Below, in pieces: positions 9,540 through 20,768 of a stretch of DNA of 64,000 nucleotides. Each line of letters opens with the position of its first letter. Within the stretch, counting starts at the first letter, position 1. The translations under genes and the position numbers were made by a program. Where the stretch lies: NCBI GenBank assembly GCA_963755125.1, contig CAVWIP010000017.1:320001-384000 (forward strand), in the 5' to 3' direction. Under the pieces are notes generated by a model that did no database searches, had not been told where the DNA came from, and saw only the letters and a list, made by a program, of their open reading frames with translations. Source of the DNA: an uncultured delta proteobacterium (GTDB lineage Bacteria > Myxococcota_A > Polyangia > Fen-1088).

Positions 9540-10922
9540 CTATCTGTGGTCCGCGGCCGTCCGCGCCTCGATCAGCGCGCGCCGGAAAGTATGCCACGAG
9601 ATCAGGTTGTCGATGCGGCCCACGATCTGGCCGCCGGGCGCGAGAAAACGCACTGCCGGCAGGGTGGAGACACCATAGCGATCCTTCAGCACAGGCAGGG
9701 CGTCGTCCTGATCCTCGCGGGTCAGGTCGATCTTCACCAGCACGAAGTCATTCAGCAGGGCGGCGATTTCAGTCCGGGCAAACACGCTCACCTCGAATTC
9801 CCGACAAGGCAGGCACCAGTCAGCCGTGAAATCCATCACCACTGGCTTGCCGCTGACTCGGGCGTGTGCCAGCCCAGCGGCTTCCGTGGGCAACCAGGTG
9901 AGGACGATCTTAGGGGTCAAAAAGTAGTTGGTAGCCGCGAACAGGCCGAGCACAGCCAGCGCGACCCCGAGCGTCTTGCGCAGGCGAGTGCGCCAGGTCG
10001 CATGAAACGACAGGTGCACGGCACCCAGCACAATCCCCAACCCGACCAAGGCAAGAGCAACGGCCAGGAAGGAGGAAGACCGGCCGGTCACCTGCGCCAG
10101 CGGTGCAAATACGACCCGCATGTAGTAGAGGCCGGCCACGGCAAGGGCGATGCCGAACACGCTCTTCACGCTTTCCATCCAGGCGCCTGACCTGGGCAGG
10201 TGCAGCGAGAACCCGGCGATAGCCCAGAAGGGAACGCCGATCCCGGCCGCGTAGGTTGCAAGCAGCAGGAAGCCGCGCAGGCCGTCGCGCGTGGTTGCGA
10301 CGTAGGCGAGAATTCCGGCAAGAGGCGGCCCGGTGCAGGGCGCGGCGATGAGTCCGCCGACCAGGCCCATGAGAAATGCGCCCAGGAATCCACGTCCGCC
10401 CACGCGCGACAAGCGCTGCTGCAGCCCCGACGGCAGCGCCAGGTCGAAGGCGCCGAACATGGAGGCCGCCATGGCGAAGAAGAAGAACGCGAGCGGCACC
10501 ACCACCCATGGGTTGGCCAAGAACGTTCCGAACGCCTTCCCGAGCAGCGCGAATGTGGTGCCCAGCGTGCCGAACATGGTGGCGATGCCCGCTACGTACA
10601 GCGTGGCCAGGGCGACCGCGTGGAGGCGAGGCACGCCGCCGCGCCCGCCGAACACGCTGATGGTGATGGGAATCATCGGGTAAACGCAAGGAGTGAGGGA
10701 GGTGAGGAAACCTGCGGTGAATGCAAACAGGAAGGCGCTCAGCGCACCGCGACCTGCAGCGTCGGAAAACGCCTCCGCGTGGGCCGTGCCTGGGGCAAAG
10801 ATCGCCGTGGCCAGCACGACCATCGCGATGGCGTTCGCGCGTAACAGCCAGCGGCCGAGAGTGATCACAAGTCGGGTCGCTATTGTCGGGTTGACAGCGA
10901 TCGCGGAAGGAAGGCGCATCAT
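9540..10922 (-). CDS. dsbD: DsbD/CcdA-type thiol:disulfide interchange membrane protein with C-terminal thioredoxin domain
   Basis: LTSLTPCVYPMIPI and AAPCTGP transmembrane Cys motifs, FTADWCLPC thioredoxin; start uncertain. Confidence 0.88.
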   Translation of the reverse strand: MMRLPSAIAVNPTIATRLVITLGRWLLRANAIAMVVLATAIFAPGTAHAEAFSDAAGRGALSAFLFAFTAGFLTSLTPCVYPMIPITISVFGGRGGVPRLHAVALATLYVAGIATMFGTLGTTFALLGKAFGTFLANPWVVVPLAFFFFAMAASMFGAFDLALPSGLQQRLSRVGGRGFLGAFLMGLVGGLIAAPCTGPPLAGILAYVATTRDGLRGFLLLATYAAGIGVPFWAIAGFSLHLPRSGAWMESVKSVFGIALAVAGLYYMRVVFAPLAQVTGRSSSFLAVALALVGLGIVLGAVHLSFHATWRTRLRKTLGVALAVLGLFAATNYFLTPKIVLTWLPTEAAGLAHARVSGKPVVMDFTADWCLPCREFEVSVFARTEIAALLNDFVLVKIDLTREDQDDALPVLKDRYGVSTLPAVRFLAPGGQIVGRIDNLISWHTFRRALIEARTAADHR

Positions 10923-11063
10923 CAGCGTGGTCTCGCACTGTTGTAGCCCAGAAAGCGCCAGCTTTCATGCGAGAGGATCGAGGCCAGCCAACGTCAGGCT
11001 CTCCAGGCCGGCTTTGTCGTGAATTATTGAAAGCTCATCTTCAGTGATCTGGTATCTTGCGCG

Positions 11064-11990
11064 TTGATGACTGATACGAGCAGATCCTTGAGCAAGACCG
11101 GGGCGCTGGCACTCATGGCTGGGCTCTTCGCCGGATGCGGCAGCGGCGGCGGTTCTGGCCCGGATGCGGCTGTGTCGACGGGCGGCGATGCCGGCGACGA
11201 ACCCGCGAACGTTTGCCCTGACGACGGCGGAGTTGCGCCGATGCTCTGCACGTGCAACCCTGCGCTGGCGCCGGTGACCGATCTGTCAGGCACCTGGGTA
11301 CTCGAAACCATCGGGGCGCAAACCGTCACGGCTCCGACCTACCCGAACCCGTTCCACCTCAAGTCCATCGGTGTGATCCTGGTCCAAGTCATCCAGACCG
11401 GGAGCGATGTCAGCCTTGCTGGTCACTACTGCGATCGAATCCAGGACGACGATCCCAAGAACCCGGCCAAGGTCATCATTCTGGATCCCTGGAGACTGAC
11501 CCCGTTCCCGATCCAGCGCAGCGGGACGTTTGCGCCCGATGATTCGGGACGGTTGGTACTTGCGCTGCCCAGCTACGTTGAGGTCGCGGGTGCGGACCTG
11601 GCCAACCCTGCCACTGACCCGCTGCCCACGGATCCCAGCGATCCACGCTTGGTCGACTCCGACAACGACGGTTACCCCGGGATCAGCGTGGGCCTGAGCG
11701 GCCTCATCACGGGCACGCTTCGGACGGTGCAGAGGCAGTCGACGTCTCTTCTCGGGCTGGCGGTGGCCGCGACTCGGGTCGAGGGCGGGATGGCTTTCCA
11801 GTCGGACCAGTCGATCATCGCCTCCGACCCGGCCAACATCAAGAGCCTCTATTCGCTCTCCACCTCGAGTTCCGATCCAACTCCGTGTAGCAGCAGCTTC
11901 GTCATGGTCAAGGTGTCCGATGACGCCGACGCCGGTGTGGTGGATTGCGATTGGGTGCGGGCCAATGAGGGCACGCTTCTGGGACTTTGA
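11064..11990 (+). CDS. Hypothetical lipoprotein
   Basis: Lipobox FAGC, Gly/Asp-rich linker, DSDNDGYPG motif, paired Cys. Confidence 0.75.
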   Translation: MMTDTSRSLSKTGALALMAGLFAGCGSGGGSGPDAAVSTGGDAGDEPANVCPDDGGVAPMLCTCNPALAPVTDLSGTWVLETIGAQTVTAPTYPNPFHLKSIGVILVQVIQTGSDVSLAGHYCDRIQDDDPKNPAKVIILDPWRLTPFPIQRSGTFAPDDSGRLVLALPSYVEVAGADLANPATDPLPTDPSDPRLVDSDNDGYPGISVGLSGLITGTLRTVQRQSTSLLGLAVAATRVEGGMAFQSDQSIIASDPANIKSLYSLSTSSSDPTPCSSSFVMVKVSDDADAGVVDCDWVRANEGTLLGL

Positions 11991-12011
11991 CAGGGGCCCC
12001 GCCCCGCGCGG

Positions 12012-13463
12012 CTAGCGCGCGATGCGCAGGCAGACCCCGGCCCCCAACATGTAGCCGCTGCTGCTGAATCCTGGGTAGCCGGGATTGTTGGTCTGCAAGC
12101 CGGACGAGCCCGCTGCGGGTAAGCCAGTGCGGATGTCGATGGCCCCATCAGGAAACTCATCGACCACGGGATGGGCGGCGTTGGGGTCCTTTTCGACGGA
12201 ACGCGGGATGAAGACCGAGCCGTAGAGGTAAAACCCAGCCTCCACCTCGCGGCCCAGCAGTTTGATCGGCGACTCGATGCTGGCGCTCGAAATGACGCGC
12301 GAGTTGTCCACGTAGTTGGTGCGGCCGGTCTGATCGGGAACCGGAGTGGGCGCGTAGCCGAGGTCAAACGAGAGTCTGCGCTGTCGCCAGGCGAAGTTGC
12401 CGCCTGCCACCACGGTCACCGTGTCGTTCCAAGTGTCCAGCGGGGCCTCGCCGTGTCGGTCTCGGTACTGGGACCAGCGTTCTGCGACCGCCACCAGACC
12501 CACTTCCCACGCCGGGCGGCCGCCTTCAACTGAACGCCGGCTGGCGAGACTGGCGCCCAGCCCCAGCCGCGCCGGTTCGTTGCCCTGGGTGAGCGTATAG
12601 ATCTGGGGAATGTAGTTGAGGCCAGGCGGGTACTGAGTGGTGTAGTTCCGCAGGCGCACTTGGTTCTCGCCGTTGGTGTCGTTGCTGGTGCCCAGGTGAA
12701 GGGTGGCCGCAATCGCGATGCGCGGCGAGGGCCGGTACACCGCGCCCAGGTAGGGCTTGAACTTGCTGTTGGTGCGGATGTCCGGGTCGAGCAGCACGTT
12801 TTGCTGATTGCCCGCATCGGGCATGTACACCGCCATATTGGACTGTGTGACCACCGCGATGTCGATGCCGGCACCGATAGCGAGCCAGTCGTTGAGTTGG
12901 CTGCCCAGCGCCACCGCGAAACTGGACGCGGTCAATCGGTCGCCCAGTTGTTCGAAGTAGAGCTTGTTGGAGAAGTACTGTTCCCGTTCGTCGGGAAAAA
13001 AACCTTTCTCATCCATGAAGTCGTTGACCGGCAGAAGGGTGTAGAAGCCGAAGACCAGATACTTCCCTGCCAGCGGACGGACGATACCGAGAACGGCATA
13101 CACTATGTGATCGTCCTCGTCGGTGTCGCTGCGCGGGTTGGGCAGGTCGGCAGTCGCCATAGCAGGCACCGTCGTGTCGTAGACCGACGCCGGCACGTCC
13201 GCCCCGGCCGGTCGCGGCTTGAGGTGAATCTTTCCGCGCGTGACCAGACCGAAGAAGCCGGCTTCCAGCTTGAAAGTCGCCTCGGGCAGCAGCGCCGGGT
13301 TGAAATAGGTCGCCGCTGCATTGCGGGAGAAGAGACGCGCCGTGAGCCCGTTGGCTCCGGTGGGCGAGCCGAGCATCTCCAGTGCACTTGAGGCGCGCGC
13401 CGGAGGGGCCAGAAAAAGCAGTGCCGCGACCAGGGCCAGAACCGAAGTGAAGAGACGATTCAT
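12012..13463 (-). CDS. FadL/OmpP1-family outer membrane transporter
   Basis: Signal peptide MNRLF...PARA, FadL-like AAATYFNPALL, amphipathic beta strands, SFDLGYAPTPVPDQTG. Confidence 0.72.
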   Translation of the reverse strand: MNRLFTSVLALVAALLFLAPPARASSALEMLGSPTGANGLTARLFSRNAAATYFNPALLPEATFKLEAGFFGLVTRGKIHLKPRPAGADVPASVYDTTVPAMATADLPNPRSDTDEDDHIVYAVLGIVRPLAGKYLVFGFYTLLPVNDFMDEKGFFPDEREQYFSNKLYFEQLGDRLTASSFAVALGSQLNDWLAIGAGIDIAVVTQSNMAVYMPDAGNQQNVLLDPDIRTNSKFKPYLGAVYRPSPRIAIAATLHLGTSNDTNGENQVRLRNYTTQYPPGLNYIPQIYTLTQGNEPARLGLGASLASRRSVEGGRPAWEVGLVAVAERWSQYRDRHGEAPLDTWNDTVTVVAGGNFAWRQRRLSFDLGYAPTPVPDQTGRTNYVDNSRVISSASIESPIKLLGREVEAGFYLYGSVFIPRSVEKDPNAAHPVVDEFPDGAIDIRTGLPAAGSSGLQTNNPGYPGFSSSGYMLGAGVCLRIAR

Positions 13464-13554
13464 GCCGCCATAATGCCACGCAACCCGAAAGAAGGCGCGG
13501 CGAGGATCAGCCATCAAGACGGCGAGTCCCTCACCGCAGGCCGCACCGGCTTGT

Positions 13555-14103
13555 CTATGGCGTGTTTTGCGCGGGGCTGGGAATGGCCCCGCACACGCCC
13601 TCGCGGGCGGGAAGCCAGATGGTGGCATTGTCGGCGCAGGCGCGGCGGTAGCGGTCGGCCAGTCGCTTGGCTTGCTTGGACGGCCCGTCGAGCTTGGTCG
13701 GCGGACACTTGGGGCGGGTGGCATCGCAGGAATAGGCGCCCCAGCCGTCAGACGCACCAATGCCAATCGCAAACACCGTGACTGGACCGATCCCGGCCAT
13801 GGGAATGCCGATCGCGTACGACTTGCCCAACTCGGGGAAACCGGCGTCGAGCGCGGTGTCGGCGCATTTTTTGGTGTCTTCCGCGCTGACGTCCTTGGCA
13901 GTGGCCTCCAGACCGCCGCGGTCCAGGCACGATGGCACGCCCTGGGCGGGCCAACTCTCCAGGCCCAAGACCTTGTTGAGCGCCACCACGGCAGCGGCCA
14001 TTTCCTTCGCGACCGGAGCGGGCAGCTTGGCCACCGGGCCCGCTGCTGACTGTGCAGCGGCCCACAGCATCCATGCGATCGTCACCTGCATGGCCGCCAT
14101 CAT
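13555..14103 (-). CDS. Hypothetical exported Cys-containing protein
   Basis: 182-aa ORF 9 bp downstream of purL stop, hydrophobic N-terminus, six Cys. Confidence 0.65.
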   Translation of the reverse strand: MMAAMQVTIAWMLWAAAQSAAGPVAKLPAPVAKEMAAAVVALNKVLGLESWPAQGVPSCLDRGGLEATAKDVSAEDTKKCADTALDAGFPELGKSYAIGIPMAGIGPVTVFAIGIGASDGWGAYSCDATRPKCPPTKLDGPSKQAKRLADRYRRACADNATIWLPAREGVCGAIPSPAQNTP

Positions 14104-14112
14104 AGACCAAAA

Positions 14113-17100
14113 CTAGCCCACGAATACTCGTGCGTTGCGGAACAGGCGGATCCAGGGACCGTCCTCTTTCCAGTCGTCGGGGTGCCAGGAATGCTGGACA
14201 GCCCGAAACATGCGCTCGGGGTGCGGCATGAGGATGGTGACACGACCGTCGGGCGTGGTCAGCGCTGTCATGCCACCGGGCGAGCCGTTGGGGTTGTCCG
14301 GATAACGGCTGGCGATCCCGCCATAGTGGTTCACGAAGCGCGCGGCCACCAGGCTGGCCTTCACCAGAGCAGACTGTTGCGCGTCGGATTCGAATTCGGC
14401 GCGGCCTTCACCGTGGGCAACCGCGATGGGCAGTTGCGATCCGGCCATGCCGCGCAAGAGTACCGAGGGACTCTCCTCGATGCGCAGCAGCGCCAGGCGG
14501 GCCTCGAATTGCTCGGAGCGGTTGCGCACGAATCGCGGCCAGTCTTGCGCGCCAGGGATGATCTCTTTCAGGTTGGAAACCGCCTGACATCCATTGCACA
14601 CCCCGAGCGTGAAGGCGTCGGGCCGGGCGAAGAAGCGCTCGAAAGCGGCGCGCGCTCGGGCGTGGAACAAGATCGACTTGGCCCAGCCTTCTCCCGCGCC
14701 CAGCACGTCGCCGTAGGAGAAGCCGCCGCAGGCCGCCAGCCCGCGGAACGAGTCGAGGTCAAGACGGCCGCTCAGTATGTCACTCATGTGCACGTCCACC
14801 GCTTCGAAGCCCGCGCGGTGGAAAGCCGCAGCCATCTCGATCTGGCCGTTCACGCCCTGCTCGCGCAGGATGGCCACGCGCGGCCGTGCGCCGTGATTGC
14901 TCAAATGTGCCCCAGTGTCTTGATCCGGGTCGAATGTCAGCCGCACAGACATACCCGGGTCGTTCTCGTCGGCGCGGGCCTCACATTCTTCGTTCGCGCA
15001 ACTCGGATCGTCACGCAAGGCCTGCATGGCAAAGGTGGTCTCGGACCAGACCCGACGCAAGTTGGTGCGGGCGTCTTCAAACAGGGTGTGATCGCCGCGA
15101 CGGAACGCGATGCGGGAACCAGCAACGGGGCGCCCGAGGCTGTGGATGTGGCCAGCCGAACCTGCGAAGGCCGCGCGCACCACGGCCACATCCGGCTTGC
15201 GCACCTGGATCACGGCGCCCAGTTCCTCGGCGAAAAGCAGGGCCGGAGCCGCACACGCCTGCCCCGCCAGATCCACCTCCAGCCCGCACCCGCCGGCAAA
15301 GGCCATTTCTAGCAGCGTCACCAGGAGGCCACCGTCGGAGCGGTCGTGATACGCGAGCAGCAGACCCTTGCTGTTCAGTTGCTGAATGGTTGCGAAGAAG
15401 GTTTTCAGAACCGCGGGATCGTCGAGGTCGGGCGCCTCGTCGCCGAGTTGGCCGTAGACTTGGGCCAGCGCCGAGCCGCCAATACGGTGGCGACCCATGC
15501 CGAGATCGACGAGGAGCAACTCGCTGTCGCCCTGGTCGAGTCGAAGTTGCGGCGTCAAGGACCGGCGCACGTCGCTGACCGGGGCGAAGGCGCTCACGAT
15601 GAGCGACAAGGGCGCAGTGATTCGCTTCTGCTTGCCGGCCTCTTGCCACACGGTGCTCATCGACATCGAATCCTTGCCCACGGGAATGGCGATGCCCAAG
15701 GCCGGAGCCAACTCGGCTCCCACCGCCCGCACAGCTTCGTACAGGCGCGCGTCTTCCCCCGGGTGCCCCGCCGCGGCCATCCAGTTGGCCGACAGCTTCA
15801 CGTCACCGATCTTCGCGATAGGCGCACTGGCGATGTTGGTCAGGGCTTCTCCCACTGCCATGCGCGCGGAGGCGGCTGCATCCAGCAGTGCCAGCGGCGT
15901 GCGTTCGCCCATGGCCATGGCCTCGCCGGTGTAGCCGTCGTAGCTGGTGGTGGTCACGGCCGCGTCGGCCACCGGGACCTGCCAAGGACCGACCATCTGA
16001 TCGCGGCACACCAGGCCGGTCACAGTGCGATCGCCGATGGTGATGAGGAAGGTTTTGTCCGCCACCGCGGGCAGGCGCAGCACACGCAGGATCGCCTCGC
16101 GCAGGTCGAGATCGCTAGTGGAGAAGGGCGTTCCGGCTGCGCGCGCGCTTTCGGCCCGACGTAACATCTTGGGCGGCTTGCCGAGCAAGAGGGTGAGCGG
16201 CATGTCGATGGGCCGGTTTCCGAAGTGCGAGTCAGTCAGCACCAACCTGCCGTCGGACGTGGCCTGGCCAAGCACCGCGAACGGGCAACGCTCGCGGCTG
16301 CAAAGCTCGCCGAAACGGCCGAGTCCTTCGGGCGCGATGGCCAGCACGTAGCGCTCCTGGGCCTCGTTGCACCAGATCTCCTTGGGTGACATGCCGGGCT
16401 CGTCGTTGGGAATCTTGCGCAACTCGAACAGAGCGCCGCGACCGCTGTCGTGTACCAGCTCGGGCAGGGCATTGGACAGGCCACCGGCGCCCACGTCGTG
16501 GATCGAGTAGATGGGATTGGCGTCACCCAGTGCCCAGCAGCGATCGATGACCTCCTGGCAGCGGCGTTGCATCTCGGGGTTGTCACGCTGAACCGACGCA
16601 AAATCGAGATCCTCCTCGGACGCGCCCGAGGCCATGGATGAAGCCGCGCCGCCGCCCAGACCGATGAGCATGGCGGGCCCGCCCAGCACGACGAGCGCCG
16701 CGCCCGGCGGCACCTCGGCCTTGTGCACGTGGGGCAGCCGGATGTTGCCGAACCCGCCTGCGATCATGATGGGCTTGTGGTAGCCGCGCACCTCGGGACC
16801 GGCAGGACCGGGCACTTCCATCTCGAAGGTGCGGAAATAGCCGGCCAGGTTGGGGCGGCCGAATTCGTTGTTGAAGGCGGCGCCCCCGATGGGCCCTTCC
16901 AGCATGATTTCGAGGGCCGAGACGATGCGGCCTGGTTTGCCGAAATCCTTCTCCCAGGGTTGCACGGCCCCGGGCAAGCGCAGATTTGAAACCGTGAATC
17001 CGGTGAGCCCAGCCTTGGGCTTGGACCCGCGGCCCACCGCGCCCTCGTCGCGGATTTCTCCACCTGAACCGGTGGACGCACCCGGGTGAGGTGAAATCGC

Positions 17101-18120
17101 AGTCGGGTGGTTGTGCGTTTCGACCTTCATCAGGATGCCCACCGGTTCGCGATGGAAGGCGTAAACGTTGGTGTCCGGGTCAGGAAAGAAGCGGTTTGCC
17201 TCGCAGCCCTCCATCACGGCGGCATTGTCCTTGTACGCCGACAGCACGCCGGTGGGGCTGGCCTCGCTACTGCGCCGGATCATCTGAAACAGCGACTGGG
17301 GCTGTTTTTTTCCGTCGAGGATGAAGTCAGCGTTGAAGATCTTGTGGCGGCAGTGCTCGCTGTTGGCCTGCGCGAACATCATCAGCTCGACATCGGTCGG
17401 GTTGCGACCCAGGGTCCGGAAACTTTCCGCCAGGTAGTCGATCTCATCTGGCGCCAGAGCCAATCCCAAGCTCAGATTGGCGGTTTCGATGGCAACGCGG
17501 CCTTCGCCGAGCAGGTCGATGGTCTGCAGCGGCCTCGGCTGGGCGTGGGCGAACAGTTGCTCAGCCTCGGCTTCGCTCGCCAGCACCGACTCGGTCATGC
17601 GGTCGTGCAGGGCGGCCCGCAGCGCGCGCTCGCCGCGTACCGGCCCTGCGACGGTGTACCAGATGCCGCGTTCGATGCGGCGGACGCGATCCAGGCCGCA
17701 GTTGTGGGCCACGTCGGTGGCTTTGGACGACCAGGGTGAGATGGTGCCGATGCGCGGGACCACCAGCAGGCGACTACTTTCATGGGAACCCTGGGAGGGT
17801 TCGCTTCGCCCTTCGGCTCCCCACCCGCCTCCTCCTCCCCGCTCGCTTTGCTCGGCCTCGCCAACCCTCCCGCGATGGTGCGCCGCCGGCGAAGCCGGCG
17901 GGCTCCCCACGCGACCGGCCGCGGTCCGCGGGCCGTAGCGCAGCACGCGCGCCAGCACGAGTTGCTCAGCCTCGGGCAGAGGAGAGGTCAACTCGACGAA
18001 ATGGACAAACTCGGCGGCGAGAGCCGACACTTGTGGGTTGGCGGTCTGAATTCCCGCCAGCCGCTTGGCCAGCCGAGCCGTGGTGAAAGCGGGGACACCA
18101 GGTAGCGAGAGGATGGGCAT
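14113..18120 (-). CDS. purL: Phosphoribosylformylglycinamidine synthase (large single-chain PurL) with a repeat-derived insertion
   Basis: [52 protein letters not shown] and MPHPER motifs; start at MPILSLPG. Confidence 0.97.
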   Translation of the reverse strand: MPILSLPGVPAFTTARLAKRLAGIQTANPQVSALAAEFVHFVELTSPLPEAEQLVLARVLRYGPRTAAGRVGSPPASPAAHHRGRVGEAEQSERGGGGGWGAEGRSEPSQGSHESSRLLVVPRIGTISPWSSKATDVAHNCGLDRVRRIERGIWYTVAGPVRGERALRAALHDRMTESVLASEAEAEQLFAHAQPRPLQTIDLLGEGRVAIETANLSLGLALAPDEIDYLAESFRTLGRNPTDVELMMFAQANSEHCRHKIFNADFILDGKKQPQSLFQMIRRSSEASPTGVLSAYKDNAAVMEGCEANRFFPDPDTNVYAFHREPVGILMKVETHNHPTAISPHPGASTGSGGEIRDEGAVGRGSKPKAGLTGFTVSNLRLPGAVQPWEKDFGKPGRIVSALEIMLEGPIGGAAFNNEFGRPNLAGYFRTFEMEVPGPAGPEVRGYHKPIMIAGGFGNIRLPHVHKAEVPPGAALVVLGGPAMLIGLGGGAASSMASGASEEDLDFASVQRDNPEMQRRCQEVIDRCWALGDANPIYSIHDVGAGGLSNALPELVHDSGRGALFELRKIPNDEPGMSPKEIWCNEAQERYVLAIAPEGLGRFGELCSRERCPFAVLGQATSDGRLVLTDSHFGNRPIDMPLTLLLGKPPKMLRRAESARAAGTPFSTSDLDLREAILRVLRLPAVADKTFLITIGDRTVTGLVCRDQMVGPWQVPVADAAVTTTSYDGYTGEAMAMGERTPLALLDAAASARMAVGEALTNIASAPIAKIGDVKLSANWMAAAGHPGEDARLYEAVRAVGAELAPALGIAIPVGKDSMSMSTVWQEAGKQKRITAPLSLIVSAFAPVSDVRRSLTPQLRLDQGDSELLLVDLGMGRHRIGGSALAQVYGQLGDEAPDLDDPAVLKTFFATIQQLNSKGLLLAYHDRSDGGLLVTLLEMAFAGGCGLEVDLAGQACAAPALLFAEELGAVIQVRKPDVAVVRAAFAGSAGHIHSLGRPVAGSRIAFRRGDHTLFEDARTNLRRVWSETTFAMQALRDDPSCANEECEARADENDPGMSVRLTFDPDQDTGAHLSNHGARPRVAILREQGVNGQIEMAAAFHRAGFEAVDVHMSDILSGRLDLDSFRGLAACGGFSYGDVLGAGEGWAKSILFHARARAAFERFFARPDAFTLGVCNGCQAVSNLKEIIPGAQDWPRFVRNRSEQFEARLALLRIEESPSVLLRGMAGSQLPIAVAHGEGRAEFESDAQQSALVKASLVAARFVNHYGGIASRYPDNPNGSPGGMTALTTPDGRVTILMPHPERMFRAVQHSWHPDDWKEDGPWIRLFRNARVFVG
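17781..17915. mobile_element. Palindromic interspersed repeat (MITE/REP-like), 135-bp copy inserted in frame in purL
   Basis: Colinear with the reverse complement of 43953-44190; imperfect terminal inverted repeats CATGGGAACC / GGCTCCCCACG; hairpins GAACCCT-ggg-AGGGTTC and CCGCCGGC-gaa-GCCGGCGG. Confidence 0.85.
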
Positions 18121-18254
18121 CGTGAACCGGATGCAGACTGGCGCGACCGGCGTGCATTTGCAATCTCCGCGACTCGTCCCAGGTTCTGTAGGAGTACAAC
18201 GCGCGCGGGATCTGGTTTGACCAGACTTGTACTCCCGACTACACTCAAGCAATC

Positions 18255-20732
18255 ATGAGAATGATGCGATTTCCAGGGCTGGGGGTCGCGGGCCGGTGGC
18301 TGGTAGTCGTGGTTCTCTTGGGAGGGTGCAATAGCCTGACCAACGCCCCGGCTGTGCCTCCCGATGGTGGGCACGACTCGGTTGCGCGTGATGGAGCAGG
18401 GCAAGCGGAGACGGGGCGTGGCCCCGATGGGGCTGGAGGCAACCAGGCAGACACACGGGCTCTCGTCCCGGGCGATGCACAAGTTGATGGCATCGCTGGG
18501 GGATCCCTCGTCGACGCGGCCGGCCCGGCTTCGGGCCTCGATGCGGCGGGCGGCTTCGGTGGGACCGCGGGAATCGGTGGAGCGGGAGGCGCGGCCGGTG
18601 TGACAGGCGACGGCTCGCCGCCGCCGGAGACCAACAGTCCGCCCGACGATGGCAGCGCCGGCCAGGCGGACGGGGTGGTCGTCGTCGATCTCGCGCCGGT
18701 CGACAACCACATTACGTCCGTGCCTGACGGCCCTGGCCCAGACCGCATCCCGGACGGGAGCATACCCAGCGTGGATCTCGGGACACCGGACAACCGATCG
18801 TCCGACGTGGCGAGATCTCCTTTCACGGTCAATGCGGGCCCCGACCAGAGCATCTGCGACGGTTTTCCGGCCACCCTTGCAGCGACGGCCCAGGGTGGCA
18901 CGCAACCCTACAGCTACGCATGGTCGGCAACCCCCACCTGTTCGGGCTGCATCAGCAGCCCCATTTCGGCGCAGACGGATGTCGTGCCGATTACCACGAC
19001 GACGTTCACCGTGACGGCCCACGACTCGCTCAGCGCGGTCGCTACTGACTCCGTCATCGTGACGGTCGTCGATGCGATAGCCGACGCCGGCCCTGAGGTT
19101 TCGGTCGATCCCGGCGTGCCGATCAGCATCGGCACGCCGGCCCAGCCTGGCTATACCTATGTCTGGACCTGCGACCGGCCGACCTGTGCCCTGTCGAGCG
19201 CGACCACGGCCCAGCCCACGGTGAGTCCGAAGCTGTCCACGACCTACACCGTGTCGGTAACCAGCCCCGGGGGGTGTCTCGCGAGTGACAGCACGTCGGT
19301 GTGGGTGAACTTGCCGCTGACCACCACGCCGGCAGACGGCGAAACCGCATACTCGCCCTCGGCGTCACTGTTCGTGCAGTTCGGGGCCAGCGTGCTGGCC
19401 TCGTCGATCACGCCCGACACCGTGAACTTGAGCGAGACCATAAGCGGCGCGCCGATACCGTTCACCTACGTGTACAACTCGTCGTTGCAGGTGCTCACCA
19501 TCACGCCGACTGCATACGACCCGACGGTGTTTCAGTACACCCTGACGTTGGTTGGGGGCGCCGGAGGAATCTTGTCCGACGATCCGCTCTGGCCGCAGCG
19601 TCTGCCCGACAATGTCGTGGTCAATTACACGCTTGCGGCCGCGCCCGACTTGACCACGCCGATCATCGTCTCACGCAGCCCGGCCCCGTTCGCGACGGGG
19701 GTGGGCACCAACACCCACGTGGCCGCCACCTTCAGCGAGGCGCTCGACCCTACCAGCGTGACGGCTGCCAACTTCGTTCTCTCGATCGGTACCACCATCG
19801 GCGTGGCGGGAACCCTGTCTTATGACGCGAGTTCATCTACAGTCACCTTCATCCCTGCCGCCCCGCTGACGGCCGGCACCACCTATACCGTGCGGGTCAG
19901 CGGCATGAAGGACGTGTCGGGCAACACGATGTTCCTGACCACCTGGACCTTCACCACCGGCGGCGTAGCCGATACCACGCCTCCCACCGTGACGGCGGTG
20001 GCGCCAGCGTCCGGAGCCACCCGGGTGTCGGTTCTTGCCGTCGTGAGCGTGACGTTCAGCGAGTCGGTCGATCCGACCACGCTCGCGGCCGGCATCCAAG
20101 TGGCTGCCGGTGCAACTCCGGTGGCGGGCAGCGTGACCTGCGACGCGGTCAACCGAGTGGCCACCTTTACCCCGTCGGCGGCGCTGGCCAGCCAGACTTT
20201 CTACACGGTCACGGTGGCTGGCGTGAAAGACCTGGCGGGCAACACCATGACCGCGGCGTTCACCTCGACGTTCACCACCACCACCATCCTGTTCGGCGAT
20301 TCGTTCGAGTCAGGGACTGCCAACTGGACACTGAATCCCCCGTGGGGTTTGACGACGACCTCCTACGTGAGCCCGACCCACAGCCTGACCGACAGCCCCG
20401 CGGGCAACTACGCGCCCAATTTGAACATCTCGGCCACCAGTGTCGCCATCAACGTCACTAACGTCGGGTCGGTGTCCCTGAGCTATTGGCTGAGCGGACA
20501 GACCCAGGCCGGGGCTGACTTCCTCCGCTTCGAGTATTCGACCAACAATGGGGGCCTGTGGACCACGCTGGACACCTGGTCGGGGGTGCAGAACTGGGCG
20601 CAGCATTCCCACACGCTCACGCTGCCTCCTGGTACGACCAGCCTGCAGATCCGTTTCCGCCTCACCTCGAACGGCAACCAGCAGTTCGACGGCGTGTACA
20701 TCGACGACGTGATCGTGCAGGCGAGCGGATAG
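18255..20732 (+). CDS. Surface lipoprotein with PKD-like and three Big_5/SbsA-like Ig domains and a C-terminal jelly-roll (MAM-like) domain
   Basis: Lipobox LGGC; VNAGPDQ and ADAGPE repeats; DTTPPTVTAVAPASGA...VTFSESVDP...GVKDLAGN; DSFESG...GVYIDDV. Confidence 0.82.
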   Translation: MRMMRFPGLGVAGRWLVVVVLLGGCNSLTNAPAVPPDGGHDSVARDGAGQAETGRGPDGAGGNQADTRALVPGDAQVDGIAGGSLVDAAGPASGLDAAGGFGGTAGIGGAGGAAGVTGDGSPPPETNSPPDDGSAGQADGVVVVDLAPVDNHITSVPDGPGPDRIPDGSIPSVDLGTPDNRSSDVARSPFTVNAGPDQSICDGFPATLAATAQGGTQPYSYAWSATPTCSGCISSPISAQTDVVPITTTTFTVTAHDSLSAVATDSVIVTVVDAIADAGPEVSVDPGVPISIGTPAQPGYTYVWTCDRPTCALSSATTAQPTVSPKLSTTYTVSVTSPGGCLASDSTSVWVNLPLTTTPADGETAYSPSASLFVQFGASVLASSITPDTVNLSETISGAPIPFTYVYNSSLQVLTITPTAYDPTVFQYTLTLVGGAGGILSDDPLWPQRLPDNVVVNYTLAAAPDLTTPIIVSRSPAPFATGVGTNTHVAATFSEALDPTSVTAANFVLSIGTTIGVAGTLSYDASSSTVTFIPAAPLTAGTTYTVRVSGMKDVSGNTMFLTTWTFTTGGVADTTPPTVTAVAPASGATRVSVLAVVSVTFSESVDPTTLAAGIQVAAGATPVAGSVTCDAVNRVATFTPSAALASQTFYTVTVAGVKDLAGNTMTAAFTSTFTTTTILFGDSFESGTANWTLNPPWGLTTTSYVSPTHSLTDSPAGNYAPNLNISATSVAINVTNVGSVSLSYWLSGQTQAGADFLRFEYSTNNGGLWTTLDTWSGVQNWAQHSHTLTLPPGTTSLQIRFRLTSNGNQQFDGVYIDDVIVQASG

Positions 20733-20768
20733 GTCACAGCGGGCAAGCCCGCGCGAGCGCTCTCAGAG

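Noticed and set aside
13464..13772. Upstream ORF extensions for the FadL-like gene (also purL to 18252, TPR from 21776, hemN to 47238, membrane protein to 35835)
   Set aside because: They overlap neighbouring genes or intergenic DNA and precede clear signal peptides or conserved N-termini
17781..17915. Intein or intron as the explanation of the PurL insertion
   Set aside because: Far too short, no Cys/Ser start or His-Asn end, no group I/II features; the same DNA occurs intergenically
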